A DNA stretch of 64,000 nucleotides from Malacoraja senta (Eukaryota). The stretch lies in NCBI GenBank assembly GCA_038087875.1, contig CM075994.1, positions 5,272,001 through 5,336,000 on the forward strand. The letters run 5' to 3'. This document shows, piece by piece, positions 49,595 to 63,398 of this stretch. A model generated the notes under the pieces. It had not been told where the DNA came from, made no database searches, and worked only from the letters and a program-made list of their open reading frames with translations. Position 1 is the first letter of the stretch; each line of letters opens with the position of its first letter. A program made the translations under genes and the position numbers.

Positions 49595-52150
49595 ACCATA
49601 TAACCATATAACCATATAACCATAACAGCACGGAAACAGGCCATCTCGGCCCTTCAAGTCCGTGCCGAACATTTTTAAATTTTTTTTTTTTTTTTTAATT
49701 AAAAATAAATACTTCCCCCTAGTCCCATCTACCTGCACTCAGACCATAACCCTCCATTCCTTTCTCGTCCATATACCATCCAATCTATTTTTAAAGGATA
49801 ACATCGAACCTGCGTCCACCACTTCCACTGGAAGCTCATTCCACACAGCTACCACTCTCTGAGTAAAGAAGTTCCCCCTAATGTTCCCCCTAATCTTCTG
49901 TCCCTTAATTCTCAAGTCATGTCCCCTTGTTTGAATGTTCCCTACTCTCAATGGGAAAAGCTTATCCACGTCCACTCTGTCTAACCCGCTCATAATTTTA
50001 AAGACCACTATCGTCCCCTCTTAACCTTCTGCGCTCCAAAGAATAAAGACCTAACTTGTTCAACCTTTCTCTGTAACTTAGTTGCTGAAACCCAGGCAAC
50101 ATTCTAGTAAATCTCCTCTGTACTCTCCCTATTTTGTTGACATCCTTCCTATAATTAGGCGACCAAAATTGTACTCCATACTCCAGAATTGGCCTCACCA
50201 ATGCCTTGTACAATTTTAACATTACATCCGAACTTCTATATTCAATGCTCTGATTTATAAAGGCCAGCACACCAAAAGCTTTCTTTACCACCCTATCTAC
50301 ATGAGATTGCACCTTCAGGGAACTATGCACAGTTATTCCTAGATCCCTCTGTTCAACTGCATTCCTCAATTCGCTACCATTTACCGTGTACGTCCTATTT
50401 TGATTTGTCCTGCCGAGATGTAGCACCTCACATTTGTCAGCATTAAACTCCATCTGTCATCTTTCAGCCCACTCTTCCAAATGGCCTAAATCTCTCTGTA
50501 GACTTTGAAAATCTACTTCATTATCCACAACACCACCTATCTCAGTATCATCTGCATACTTACTAATCCAATTTTCCACACCTTCATACAAATCATTGAG
50601 GTACATGACAAATAACAGTGGACCCAACACAGACCCTGAGGCACCCCACAAGTCACCGGCCTCCAACCTGACAAACAGCCATCCACCATTACTCTCTGGC
50701 ATCTCCCATTCAGCCACTGTTGAATCCATCTTGCTACTCCACCATTAATACCAAACAATTGAATCTTCTTAACCAACCTTCCATGAGGAACCTTGTCAAA
50801 GGCCTTACTGAAGTCCATATAGACAACATCCACTGCTTTACCCTCATCAATTTCCCTAGTAACCTCTTCGAATAATTCAAGAAGATTAGTCAAGCATGAA
50901 CTTCCAGGCACAAATCCATGTTGACTGTTCCTAATCAGACCGTGCTTATCCAGATGCTTATATAAATTATCTTTAAGTATCCTTTCCATTAATTTGCCCA
51001 CCACTGACGTCAAACTAACAGGTCTATAATTGCTAGGTTTACTCTTCGAACCCTTTTTAAACAACGGAACAACATGCGCAGTACGCCAATCCTCCGGCAC
51101 TATTCCCGTTTCTAATGACATTTGAAATATTTCTGTCATACCCCTGCTATTTCTACACTAACTTCGCTCAATGTCCCAGGGAATATCCTGTCAGGACCTG
51201 GAGACTTATCCGTTTTCATATTTTTCAAAAGTGTCCGCACCTCCTCTTCTTTGAATCTCACAGTTTCCATTGCTACTCTGCTCGTTTCCCTTACCTCACA
51301 TAATTGCATATCCTTCTCCTTCGTGAATACCGAAGAAAAGAAATTGTTCAATGTCTCCCCCATCTCTTTTGGCTCTGCAGATAGCTGGCCACTCTGACTC
51401 TCTAATGGACGATTTTATTCCTTGTTATCCTTTTGCTATTAATATAGCTGTAGAAACCCTTTGGATTTACTTTCACCTTACTTGCCAAAGCAACCTCATA
51501 TCTTCTTTTAGCTTTTCTAATTTCTTTCTTAATATTCTTTTTACATTCTTTATACTCCTCAAGCACCTCATTTACTCCATGCTGCCTATAATTATTGTAG
51601 ATCTCTCTCTTCTTCCGAACCAAGTGTCCAATTTCCCTTGAAAACCATGGCTCTTTCCATTTTTTACTATATCCTATCAACCGAACAGGGACATAAAGAT
51701 TCTGTACTCTTAAAATTTCACCCTTAAATGTCCTCCATTTTTCTTATACATCCTTCCCATAAAACAACATATCCCAATTCACTCCTTTTAAATCCTTTCG
51801 CATCTCCTCAAAGTTAGCCTTTCTCCAAACAAAAATCTCAACCCTAGGTCCAGTTCTGACCCTCTCCATAATTATATTGAAACTAATGGTATTGTGATCA
51901 CTGGACCCGAAGTGCTCCCCGACGCATACCTCCGCCACCTGCCCTGTCTCATTTCCTAACAGGAGGTCCAGCACTGCCCCTTCTCTAGTAGGTACCTCTA
52001 TGTATTGCTGCAAAAAACTATCTTGCACACATTTTACAAATCCAAACTATCCAGCCCTTTTACAGAATGTGTTTCCCAGTCTATGTGTGGAAAATTGAAA
52101 TCTCCCACAATCACTACCTTGTGCTTACTACTAATATCTGCTATCTCCTT
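49595..52150 (-). mobile_element. CR1 (family B), 5'-truncated in the endonuclease, nested antisense in CR1 family A
   Basis: VGDFNFP, NYRPVSLTS, YMDFSKAFDKVPH, SKYADDT; (TATGGTTA)n tail; TSD AAATGTA (49588-49594, 52163-52169). Confidence 0.95.
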
Positions 52151-54084
52151 GTAGGTCCTTGTAAATGTAGGTCCCTTGCAGTCAGAAACAGGTGAATTGA
52201 TCATGGGGAACAAGGACATGGCAGACCAATTGAATAACTACTTTGGTTCTGTCTTCACTTTGGAAGCCATAAATAATCTGCCGGAAATAGCAGGAGACCG
52301 GGGGTCAAATGAGATAGAGGAACTGAGTGAAATACAGGTTAGCCTGGAAGTGGTGTTAGGTAAATTGAATGGATTAAAGACCGATAAATCCACAGGGCCA
52401 GATAGGCTGCATCCCAGAGGACTTAAGGAAGTAGCCCCAGAAATAGTGGATGCATTAGTGATAATTTTTCAAAACTCTTTAGATTATGGAGTAGTTCCTG
52501 AAGAATGGAGGGTAGCTAAAGTAACCCCACTTTTTAAAAAGGGAGGGAGAGAGAAAACGGGGAATTACAGACCAGTTATTCTAACATCGGTAGTGGGGAA
52601 ACTGCTAGCGTCAGTTGTTAAAGATGGGATAGCAGCACATTTGGAAAGTGGTAAAATCATTGGACAAAGTCAGCATGAATTTATGAAAGGTAAATCATGT
52701 CTGACGAATCTTATATCATTTTTCGAGGATGTAACTAGTAGAGTCGATAAGGGAGAACCAGTGGATGTGTTATATCTGGACTTTCAGAAGGCTTTCTAAA
52801 AGGTCCCACATAAGAGATTAGCATACAAACTTAAAGCACACGATATTGGGGGTTCAGTATTGATGTGGATAGTGAATTGTCTGGCAGACAGGAATCAAAG
52901 AGTAGGAGTAAACGGGTCTTTTCAGAATGGCAGGCAGTGACTAGTGGGGTACCGCAAGGCTCAGTACTGGCACCCCAGCTATTTACAATATATTAATGAT
53001 TATACGAGGGAATTGAATGCAACATCTCCAAGTTTGCGGATGACACGGAGCTGGGGGGGGGGGTGTTAGCTGTGAGGAGGATGCTAGGATGCTGCAAGGT
53101 GACTTGGATGGGCTGGGTGAGTGGGAAAATGCATGGCAGATGCAGTATAATGTGGTTAAATGTGAGGTTATCCACTTTTGTGGCAAAAACAGGAAAGTAG
53201 ACTATTATCAGAATGGTGCCCGATTAGGAAAAAGGGAGATGCAACGAGTCCTGGGTGTAATGGTACACCAGTCATTGAAAGTAGGCATGCAGGTGCAGCA
53301 GGCAGTGAAGAAAGCGAATGGTATGTTAGCATTCATAGCAAAACGATTTGAATATAGGAGCAGGGAGGTTCTACTACAGTTGTACAGGGTCTTGGTGAGA
53401 CCACACCTGGAGTATTGCGTACAGTTTTGGTCTCCTAATGTGAGGAAATACATTCTTGCCATAGAGGGAGTACAGAGAAGGTTCACCAGACTGATTCCAG
53501 GGATGTCAGGACTTGCCTGTGAAGAAAGACTGGATAGACTTGGCTTGTACTCTCTAGAATTTAGAAGATTGAGGGGGATCTTATAGAAACGTACACAATT
53601 CTTAAGGGGTTGGACAGGCTAGATGCAGGAAGATTGTTCCCGATGTTGGGGAATCCAGAATAAGAGGACACATTTTAAGGATAAGGGGGAATTTCTTTAG
53701 GACCGAGATGAGAAAAACTTTTTTCACACAGAGAGTGGTGAATCTCCGGAACTCTGTGCCACAGAAGGTAGTTGAGGCCAGTTCATTGGCTATATTTAAG
53801 AGGGAGTTAAATGTGGCCCTTTTGGCTAAACGTATCAGGGGGTATGGAGAGAAGGCAGGTAGAGGATACTGAGTTGGATGATCAGCCATGATCATATTGA
53901 ATGGCGGTGCAGGCTCGAAGGGCCGATTGGTCTACTCCTGCACATATTTTCTATGTTTCTATGTTTCTATACGGCGACAGAGCCGTCGGGCTAACGTGAA
54001 TGTAAATTGTAAACGTTTGAGTTGCGTACATCGTATCTTGCATTGTGCCAAACTGAAAAAAGTAACACTGGCAAGGTTACTCAC

Positions 54085-54108
54085 TGCTTTCCGCTTTCAG
54101 TCTAATTT
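54085..54108 (-). CDS. Micro-exon candidate, 24 nt, phase 1-1 (xIRLKAES)
   Basis: Donor GCA|gtgagt; acceptor tatttgtgtaagcag; only phase 1 open. Confidence 0.45.
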
Positions 54109-55843
54109 CTGCTTACACAAATATGTTCCTTCCGATACATTTATATCGTACCGGTTAACGTGCCGCCTTATCAATGTCTTCTGAAAGTCTCGTAGACTAC
54201 ATGTCCTCTCCAGTTGACTTTGCCATTAGACTTGATAATCTGATCTGTTCCTGGCCTCGTCACGTCTTCCGAGACACTTCATGCGAACCATTTATTGCCC
54301 GATTTTCCAAAAATGTATCGTAATCCTTATTACGTAACTCTCTTTATCTGCACGCCGCAACTACTCGGAGAGCAACATTTCTGAGATTCACGAGCATATG
54401 CGAAGAAATGTTTTTGCGCAAAGAAAACTCATTTGAAATGAATAAAATTCAATTCCCCTCCAGAACCAAATTCGCTGCAACTGAATTATTCATCACTAAC
54501 CGTGATCTAAAATTTAAACTATCCAGTTCTCTATTGTTCAACGACGATAAAAAAGTTATCCAACTATTTGGCGATTAAAATTCCCTTCATATTCTTTATC
54601 TGGTATTCATTCTGTCTGGATAAGAAAGGTTCTACCTAGGCCAAACATATTTATTTTCTATCCCGTTTACCTTCACTCCAGAGTATGATTTGTCCTTTTA
54701 GTCACCTAACATTTAAAACTGCCTTTACAATTTCAAATTAATCTCGCTCAATTTTCTTCAGAAGAAGCGTTGACGCTGCTTGCTGGTCCGTTTGATGTTT
54801 TGCAAATGTCTTGTTCCAAAAAATATGCGTTGTCGCCTTAACTGGTTGAAACATTATTATTTATCATTTCACATTATGCAAAATATCATGTTCGTTTCAC
54901 TTTCGTTTCCCATGTCTCTGAAAAACTCGCTTCCAGTTAAATGTATTTATATTCGTTCATTACTTCATTTTTTTGCTACTGTTATCCTAATTTTATTTCC
55001 ATTATGGAAAAAAATGCACACGTTGGGATTCGGAAATAAAATGAAAAAAATTGAGTAACAATCTGAAGGTCAGTCAGCGGCTGTGGAAAGGAAGCAAAGA
55101 TAACATTCCCCGTCGAAGGCTCTTCCTCTTCCACCTGAAATAGTAATTTTTGTCCATGTTTTTGTTGATCGTGTATATTCATCACCGCTGCCACAAGAAC
55201 ACCAACTCTTCCGCAGTGTACTAATTCCACATAATTTTGCGGACACATATGATAGATTGTGCATCTCTTCCCTTTTCGTTGATCACACAATAAACAGCTC
55301 ATAAAACCTATCTCGTATTTTTCCCACTTTCCTTCTTGCATTTCCCCCATAGTGTGCGTGTTAATAAAGGACGTGCTCTTTTATATATTTTTTGAATTAT
55401 TTGTGGAGAAGTGTTTGCTTTCTCCTGCAATACCGGGTAACCTGCGGCAGAGGGCTCACCTGTCCCGCTCATTGTTCTCGGTTCGGTTGCTCGCCAGAAC
55501 AGTCGAGAACTTCACCGTTTGGGTTCAATATGTTTTCGCTTTTTCGATATCGTTAACGTGTGGTGAACGTTCAACATATCTGTTATTTTGATGATCCCGT
55601 GGAAAATTAAATATTAACCTATAGCTAAACAAAACATTCCTGTCATTTGGGTTTAATCACACATGGTCAATGCAGCTCCTGATGAAGAAGAATCCATTCT
55701 CTTGTTGAATGGATTGTATATTTGAAAAAACCCTCAATTAGTACGATGTAGTAAATTTCAAAAACATTCACTATCCCGATATTTATTCCAGAATTTTCCA
55801 TTTATATTTGAGCATCAAATTACTTCATTCTCAATGCTATACC

Positions 55844-58800
55844 TGTAATGATTCGAGTCAAACACATATCAAGATACAACATGTGTTTATTATATCTACT
55901 TACAGTATCGGTCTGCAGGACATTACATTTCCTAGCAGCTACTCATACTGAATGGCGTAAGCAAGTTCTTTGTAATATTATCGCATATTAGGCGTAGCAA
56001 CTAATTACAAGCACTACAATTGGTTAGTAGGAAATAACCAATCTACATACATCCTTTTAGAAACAAAAATAAAGCATCGATACGTGGGAACATGTTGGCT
56101 AAGCATTAAAGGAAGCAGAATGTTAATAACTCATATGGAGACGTTTAGATAGTTACACAAAATCACCGTATCTAATGGGTGGCCTTCTAACCCGTCCGGC
56201 ACATGTGCGGCACGAATCCGCTTCACCTCTTTTCCCCGGAGACGTTACCGGGGAGGGAACTGGGGATGTGACCGGGGACCCGTCGTGGCGGAGTGGTTGT
56301 GAAATAGGCGACCTAGGCGCGAATGCGGCGGGGTGGCCGCGGTGGAAACGGTCTGTGATAGTGGAGCAGCAGGACCAGTAGTGTGAGCGTAAACAAACCG
56401 CGAAACATCGGGATGTAGAGTCGCAGGACGCGTTTAATTCTCTGGACTGATATGTTGCGGTTGCTCCATTCGCTTTAACCAGGTAGGAGCGCGGTTCTTT
56501 GTCATGGCCGTGGATGTGATCCAAACGGCCATAGCCCTTGTTGGTCTGGAGGCGAAGCACCTATCCACTGGTGAGAGGTTTAAATGGCTTACTTGGTTTG
56601 TCGAAAAAACGTTTTTGTGTAACGCGTTGGAATTGCAGTTGTTAATGGACCGCAGACGGAGAACAAACTTGCGGCTGCAAAAGCCGCTGGGACACAGGCA
56701 GGGGAGGACGGGTTTGCCGAGACATCAGTCGCTACGCTGGGGAATCCAGCATGGAATCCTTTGTAATGGTCCTTAATAGAGCAGATCTAGGTAGACGTCA
56801 GATTTGGCAAGATATGAACTGTCCATTAGTTGTTTTACGCGTCGGTCGGCTCGTTCGGCATTTCTGTTGGACCGTGGAAACTCAGGGCTGCTGGTAATAT
56901 GTCGAAAGCCGTTTTGCAAAGTTTTTGAATAGCTGGCTGGCGAACTGACTGCCGTTGTCGGACGGAAGACGTGCATGGCTGCCGTGCACGGAGAAATGCC
57001 GCTGCAAATTCTCGATAACCGCTTCAGATGCAATGGTTTACAGAGGATCGATGTCAAACTAGTCCGAAAAGGAGTCGACAGGAACCTGGTAGTGTTGGCC
57101 ATGCCATTCGAATATATTGGTGGATAATGTGGACCACGGTAGAGAGGGAATCGTTTGCGGCAGAAGGGGCTGCTTCTGCTGATGTGGCGTCAGGCTTTTG
57201 CAGACGGCGCAGACTTCAGTTTTGTCACGTAGGTACTTGGTCATACCAGGCCAGTAAAACAAGGTTTGCGCCCGTTGTAAGGTTGCCTCCACGCCGGGGT
57301 GGCCCCTGTGGACGGCTTCGAAGTACCGGAGGTCAGCTGGGCAAACTGCCTTATGGCCCTTGAATATAATCCGTACTGTAACACCAGTTCGTCGCGAACC
57401 AGGAAGTATGGGCGGATTGCGAGCGAGGTGTTGTGTTGTTTATCCGGCCAGCCGCGGCGGATGACTGCGGACGGCAATTGGAAAGTCTCGTCAGCAGCCG
57501 TGTGCTCTGCCACGCTGCTTAAACAATCAGTAGGAACATACGACACCTTCACTACTGTGAACTGATCCTGTTCAGTGAGTTGTTGTTCGCTGGTTGTACG
57601 TGGGGCCCTTGATAGCGTGTCAGCTGTGTGCATGTCCTTGCCTTTTATATAGACAATGTTGAAATCAATCCGCTGCAGCTGCGTCATCATTGTAGGCGTA
57701 CCGGAGCAGCGATAATAGGTTTAATCAGATTAGTCGTCTGTTTCTATAGTCACAGACTTTCCAAAATAAAATGTTTGAATTTTGTGCAGTAGAAAACCAC
57801 TGTGAACAATTATTTTTCATTGTGGGCGTAACGTTATTCAGTGCCGGTTAGTGTGCGAGAGGTGTAAGAAACAGGCTTGCAGTCGCCATCGGTAGTGGTC
57901 TGCAGGCAAGCAGCGCCAAGTCCGCACTAGGACGCATCGCAGGTGAGCGTTACTGGTAACTCCAAAGCAAAGTAGGCGAGAGCAGGTGCGCTAGCCGGCT
58001 ACAACTTGAGGATGTCGACAGCTATTTGGTGCTGCGGATACCAGGACCATGCAGCGCCTTTGTGCGTCATTTCCCGCAGGGTGGGTAGATATGTCGCTGA
58101 GGTTGGGAATACATTTCGCAAGGCAGTTGACCATTCCAAGGAACCTTTGTAGACTCGCAACGTCAGTAGGAAGCGGCATCTCGTTGATAGCTGCAGTTTT
58201 TTGATGGGTCTGGTCTGACACTATAACTTCTGAAAACGGGTCCGACATAGGTAACTTCCGGGGTCTCGAAACTTGCACAACAGGGGATTTAGTGTGAGCT
58301 CAATTTCTTTGGCACTGTGCAGTATTTTCTTCAGATTGGCATCATGTTCAACCGAATCGCGCCCGTAGACGAGAATGTGATCAACAATAATGGTGCATGT
58401 ATACTCAGCAAACAATTTTTCCATCGTGCGCTGGAAAAGTTCGCTGTCAGAGTTGATGCCAAAGGGCATTCTCAGCAATTTGTAGCGGCCGAAGGGGGGT
58501 GCCGAACGTAGTAAGATTGGACGAGTCTGGGTCCAGTGGAATCTGCCAGAACGAGCTTTTGGCATCCAGAACGGAGAACACCAATGCCTTGCCTATTTGA
58601 GTATAAACGTCCTCTACTGTTCGCATAGGGTAGTGCGGGCGTTTGATAGCAGTGTTGAGATCTCTGGGGTTTATGCAGATACGGATTTCCTCCTTGTTTT
58701 TTTTCCGTTACGACCAACGTGGCGGAAACCCAGTCGGACGGGTCAGTAACTTCAGCAATAACACCCATGGAGAAAATCAGCTTGAGGTCATTGTGTGCCC

Positions 58801-60512
58801 TGTCACGCATGGCATGCAGAACAATATGTGGTGCTCGAACCACATGAGTGACGTTGGGATCAACGACAATGTGGTACTTGAGGGGCAACTTGCCAAGCTC
58901 GTTGTTAAACATTTCTCTGCATTGGGAGATTATTTGCTGAGTGGAGCCCTCAGCGAGAACGAGTTGATGGACAACGCAGCCAAAGTATACCAGGCCTAGA
59001 TCGTGGCATGCATTGATACCGAGCAGAGTCTCAGAATACCCCTTGTCGATATAAAACTTTAGGGTATGTGGCTGCGAGTCTATGGTGTATTTTAAATTAG
59101 TCTGTCCAAGATGGTGCAGAACATTTCCCCCGTAGACTCGAAGTGTGGCCAAGGCCTTTTCAATAGATTCAGCATTACGATTTTTTTAGAACTCTGATAA
59201 AAGATGACGTTGCATTTCGCGCCAATATCAACCTTAGCAATCACAGGCCCGTTATTCACAAGCATGGTTACCTCAGTGTCAAGTTGCTCGTTAGAGGAAG
59301 GGAGGAGAGAGCGGATGGCTGAACTGCTAATGCTACTTTCAGAAAGCTGAGCGGAGGATGGCAAGCCAGGCTCTTTTTACTCCTTATCAGCAAGCTCATG
59401 TTGTAACAGGTGCCAGCACGCCTTTGAAGGGAATTGAGTCGCACGGGAAAGGCAACATCTTGCAAAGTGGATTGATTTCTTGCAGAAATTACAGGTTTTA
59501 CCATAACCAATACAGTAGTATGGAACCGTAGCATGAAAATAGTTTAAATTAGGACAACGAGCAGCAGGCCTTCTCTGCTGCCAGGCCGGTGAAGGCTGGG
59601 AACGGCTGTTACGAGAGGAGGTGTCTGTAAGATTGACACTATATTGCGAACGCTGACCAGAGGTCACAGACTTAGTGTGAGAAAATGTTATCTCAGCAAT
59701 CCGACAGGCGTGCTCGGCTTGGTTAAGGATCAGGTCAGTGGTACGGAGCAGTTCATCCCTTAACTTGTTATTAAGCTTAACTCCAACAATCTTGTCACGG
59801 ATGTTCATCGGACAAATCACGAAATTGGTAGAGTGTAGCCATGTGTTTAAATCGCTGATAAAACATTCTATCGGTTCATCAATCTGTTGCATACGAGCAT
59901 AAAACTTAATACGTTCGATAATTTAGTTCGAGGGAAGGTCACACAACAGTCTGAACTTTGCAAGTAGGACGGAAGGGTCATCAATCGTCTCTACAGGCTC
60001 TAGGATCTGACCATTCGCATTTAAAACAACAGGCACTAATATGAAACTGTCGGCACATTTCATTGCCTCTGGGCCAGCTAGGTTGAGTAATACAGAAGCA
60101 CGCACATCAGGAGGATCGTTGCGATGAACGATGCGAACATAGTGAGTATAGTCACGCTCGAAAAGACGCCAGCGTTCAGCAAAGTCAGAGTCAAAGATCA
60201 GAGGACTAGGACGGCGAGACGAGTTTGCCATGAGAGAAATAATGGCACATAAACAAAATTTAAAAAAACGATAAACGTGAAGGAGTAGGTAACACTCACT
60301 CTCTCACACAAGGTAATAAGTCGAGTCAAACACATATCAAGATACAACACATGTTTCTTAACCTACTTACATCATCGGTCTGCAGGATACTACAGTTCCT
60401 AACAGCTACTCATAATGAATTGCGTAGGCAAGCTCTTGGTACCATGAATCGCATATGAGGGCGAGCTACTTACAAGCACTACAATCGGCTTGTGGGAAAT
60501 AATTAATCGACT
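55844..60512 (-). mobile_element. Gypsy LTR retrotransposon (Mag-like), old and heavily frameshifted
   Basis: Diverged LTRs 55844-56047 and 60312-60512; 5-bp TSD ATACC/GTACC; gag MANSSRRP..WRLF and zinc-knuckle remnants (CNFCKKSIHFARCC); protease KVDIGAKCN; RT RMPFGI, IVDHILVYG; ADTLSR; integrase FYWPGM, TSSPEFPRSN. Confidence 0.92.
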
Positions 60513-61051
60513 GTACCTTCAGACGTCTGCAATGTGAGTGTGAAATCAGACACGCAGAGAACATGGGCAAATGTTTTTTTAGCATACAATATGCTATTTC
60601 TGCACAAACCGTGATTATTTTAAGAGCATATATTTCTAAACACGTTTTGTTATGTTTGATCCTCCATGGGTAGTAGACAGCTTTGTAAGTACGATCATTT
60701 CCATCCAATTTACCCACAGAAACAGAAAATGGTGAATCGGGATGCATTTTTAATGGAAAGCAAACCTTATGTATATTTATCCACTTCATATCACTTTACG
60801 ATTTATCGAAAATGTCTGTCGAATGTGCAGCTTTTGATGCCCACGACAGAGTCAGTGAAATATCAGGTAAGAATAGAATGTTGAACAGCAATATAACGCA
60901 CAGGCACGCGATAATTATCAAGACACTTCACATAATATGTTATTATATAAAATGTGAGGGTATGGTCAGTTAAGTATATTTTTGGGGTTTTAGAAACCCC
61001 GATCAATAATGTCAGTCTTAAAATATAAAAGCACGCTATTGTCGAACTGAC

Positions 61052-61178
61052 CTTGTCGTCCTAAGTCTCTACAAGTTAACGTGGTTGGGTCAAAGCCGTC
61101 TGAGGAACAGGCCGGGATAATACAAAGTGCAGTGCCAATTTCAAATATACATACAATGTTCTTCTGGCTCTTAAACAT
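61052..61178 (-). CDS. Putative first coding exon (exon 61183-61052): signal-peptide-like MFKSQKNIVCIFEIGTALCIIPACSS then DGFDPTTLTCRDLGRQ, ending in phase 1
   Basis: Acceptor attcttatgcttccattag, donor AAG|gtcagt; only one frame open; basic N-region, hydrophobic core, small residues before a plausible cleavage site. Confidence 0.55.
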
Positions 61179-61753
61179 AAGATCTAATGGAAGCATAAGA
61201 ATACGGATTGCTTTCATTGTGAGGAAAAAAAACCCTCTCTGAATGCCAATATAATGGCCTGTGTCATGAAGAGATTAGTAGACGTTGTTTTGCAAGCAGT
61301 AAATATATTTTTCCGAAAGGAAGTTTTTCTTTACAGAAATAAAGATGACACTCATGGCCAGAATGATTGTGTCATCAATGTTCTTATCTCTAAACTGCTC
61401 AGACAGATACATTTTGACATTGTTTTCCAATGTTTGTACTTTTGCAATTTTGATGTGACAAAAATAGATAATTACAAATAAAGCACTCACAAAATTGTGG
61501 CCACGTGTGTCGTATTTATTGTTCAATCATTTCTGCCGGGAAGGAGGGGGGGGGTGGGTAGATAATGTGTAATATCCCCTTCCTTCATACTCCATTTAAT
61601 GAACATTATGTCTAATTTTAAAATGAAAAAATATCTATGATGATGACTTGAACTGCCTCGCAAATAAGGTCAAACTATAGGGAATACACAGATTTACAAT
61701 TCCCCCCATCCTCCAGATATCTAAATTATGTTGTTAAGAATCTATTCATCGAT

Positions 61754-62076
61754 GGGCGGCACTGTGGCGCATATGTAGAGTTGCATCCTTGCAGCGTTTA
61801 AAGCGCCAATGAGCCGATTTTTATCACGACTACAGGTGCTATCTGTACATAATTTGTTCATTCTCCCCGTGACTGCGTGGGTTTTCACCGAGATCTCAGT
61901 TCTCCTTCCACACTCCAAGCACGTAGAGATTTGCACGTTAATTGGCTTTGTGTAGGTGTACATTGTCCATAGTTTTTGTAGAGTTGTGTTAGTCTGCGGG
62001 GTTCGATGGTCCGTGCGGTGTCTGTGGGCCGAATGGCCTGTTTCTGCGATGCATCTTAAATTCAACTAAAGTAAAA
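61754..62076 (+). mobile_element. tRNA-derived V-SINE (HE1-like)
   Basis: GGGCGGCACTGTGGCGCA head; TTCTCCCCGTGACTGCGTGGGTTTTC V-domain; GGGCCGAATGGCCTGTTTC tail shared with CR1 family B. Confidence 0.85.
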
Positions 62077-62230
62077 TGTGGATTTACAACAAAGTAATGT
62101 AATTGTCTTGGAATAAATTGCACATGGTAGTTTAAATCGAATTTAGTCACAAAATACTGGAGTAGCTCAACGGGACAGGCAGCATCTCTGGAGATAAGGA
62201 ATGGGTGACGTTTAGGTTCGAGACCCTTCA

Positions 62231-62263
62231 GTCTGAAGAAGTGTCTCGATTCGAAACGTCACC
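62231..62263 (+). ncRNA. Minimal hammerhead-ribozyme-like motif in a Penelope pLTR (degenerate)
   Basis: CTGAAGA-A-[GTGTCTCGATTC]-GAAA-CG-TC; core boxes intact, stem II mismatched relative to the family consensus GGGTCTCGACCC. Confidence 0.5.
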
Positions 62264-63398
62264 CATTCATTCTCTCAATGTATGTTGCCTGTCCCACCGA
62301 GTTACTACAGCATTTTGTGTCTACGTTTAATTTAATTGTCTTCTGGATTTATAAACAGAGCAAAATTCATTTATATTTCAAAATTTCTTCCTCATTAGTT
62401 TAACGGTTAAAATATTATAGCTGACAGACAGAAGACCCATACGCGAGATGCCTTGCTGTTTCAACATATAAGTAATCACCTTCGTCATTGTTAGATAATT
62501 TCATTTTACCAGATTGAATATCGTGTTCATTTCAGCTCGATCGATGGAGTGACATTATATTGGATATCGAATAAACTTAATTGCTAAAATATGTACTAAT
62601 ATGTGCTTGGAGTCTGGAAGGAGAATCGTGAAGGGGATAAAGGGAACAAATAAAATATCGACGTCTTTACCCGTTGTCCGAATTAAATAGAAATGTTGAA
62701 TTGTTGTGGTTGCTGAATGTTATTGTCACATAATGTGTCCATTGGCTTCCATTAATTATTTTACCCGAAATCTCTACAGTCCTTTGTACCTAGTGGCACT
62801 TCGATAAACCGAAAAGTTTGTCAAATCAGTGCTTTGCCATTTCCCAAGTTCATCCATTATAATTGACATTTATTAATCGTCCAGTGGTTGCCAACTTATT
62901 ATTGGAAGGAATCAAACGATTAAATTAATTAATGTCGAATTAATGTGATTGAATAAACAGTTTATTTTATGCAAACGTAAAATTATATATATATGACGTA
63001 AACCCTAATGTTTCCAACGATATTATGTTTTTGTTCTCCAAATATCAAGCTTCACGATTATTGCATTCTTAACATACAAGCTTCCATCTGAGTATTTTAC
63101 GGAATGCCGCAAGATCTGATGCAGTGGGGTCAATTCGCGCATTTAACAGCTTGGAAAGTTAAGTCGAGATGTCAACTGAAGTACGCCATTTAATTGCAAT
63201 AGAAACGTCACAGTTGATGAACAGTTTCATTTGGGTCTAACTTCAAACATAAATTAATTCAAGAGCACCTATTGTGTCCAAGTTCATCACCTCGTTCTAA
63301 TTTGATCAAGAGGACTTTTGCTGGTTCCTATTGGAAGCTGTCACCCTTCTAAAAGGTATTTGTAATCCCGCCATGTATTAGAGAGAAATGTCACTCAC

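Larger units (their letters stand above)
47063..53970 (+). mobile_element. Near full-length CR1 (family A) ORF2 in three pieces (47063-47742, 49161-49594, 52163-53970)
   Basis: Endonuclease LNARSI, VGITETWL, VYRPPNS, MGDFN, SDHN; RT NYRPV, YLDFQKAF, SKFADDT; (TTTCTATG)n tail. Confidence 0.95.

Noticed and set aside
55105..55489. Two 30-nt candidates (55105-55134, 55460-55489)
   Set aside because: The first has a poor donor and would create TAA with the next exon; the second needs a rare GAG acceptor. Left out of the model.
61491..61611. 42-nt (61491-61532) and 21-nt (61591-61611) minus-strand candidates
   Set aside because: The 42-nt one has stops in all frames and the two are only 58 nt apart; at best alternative UTR exons.
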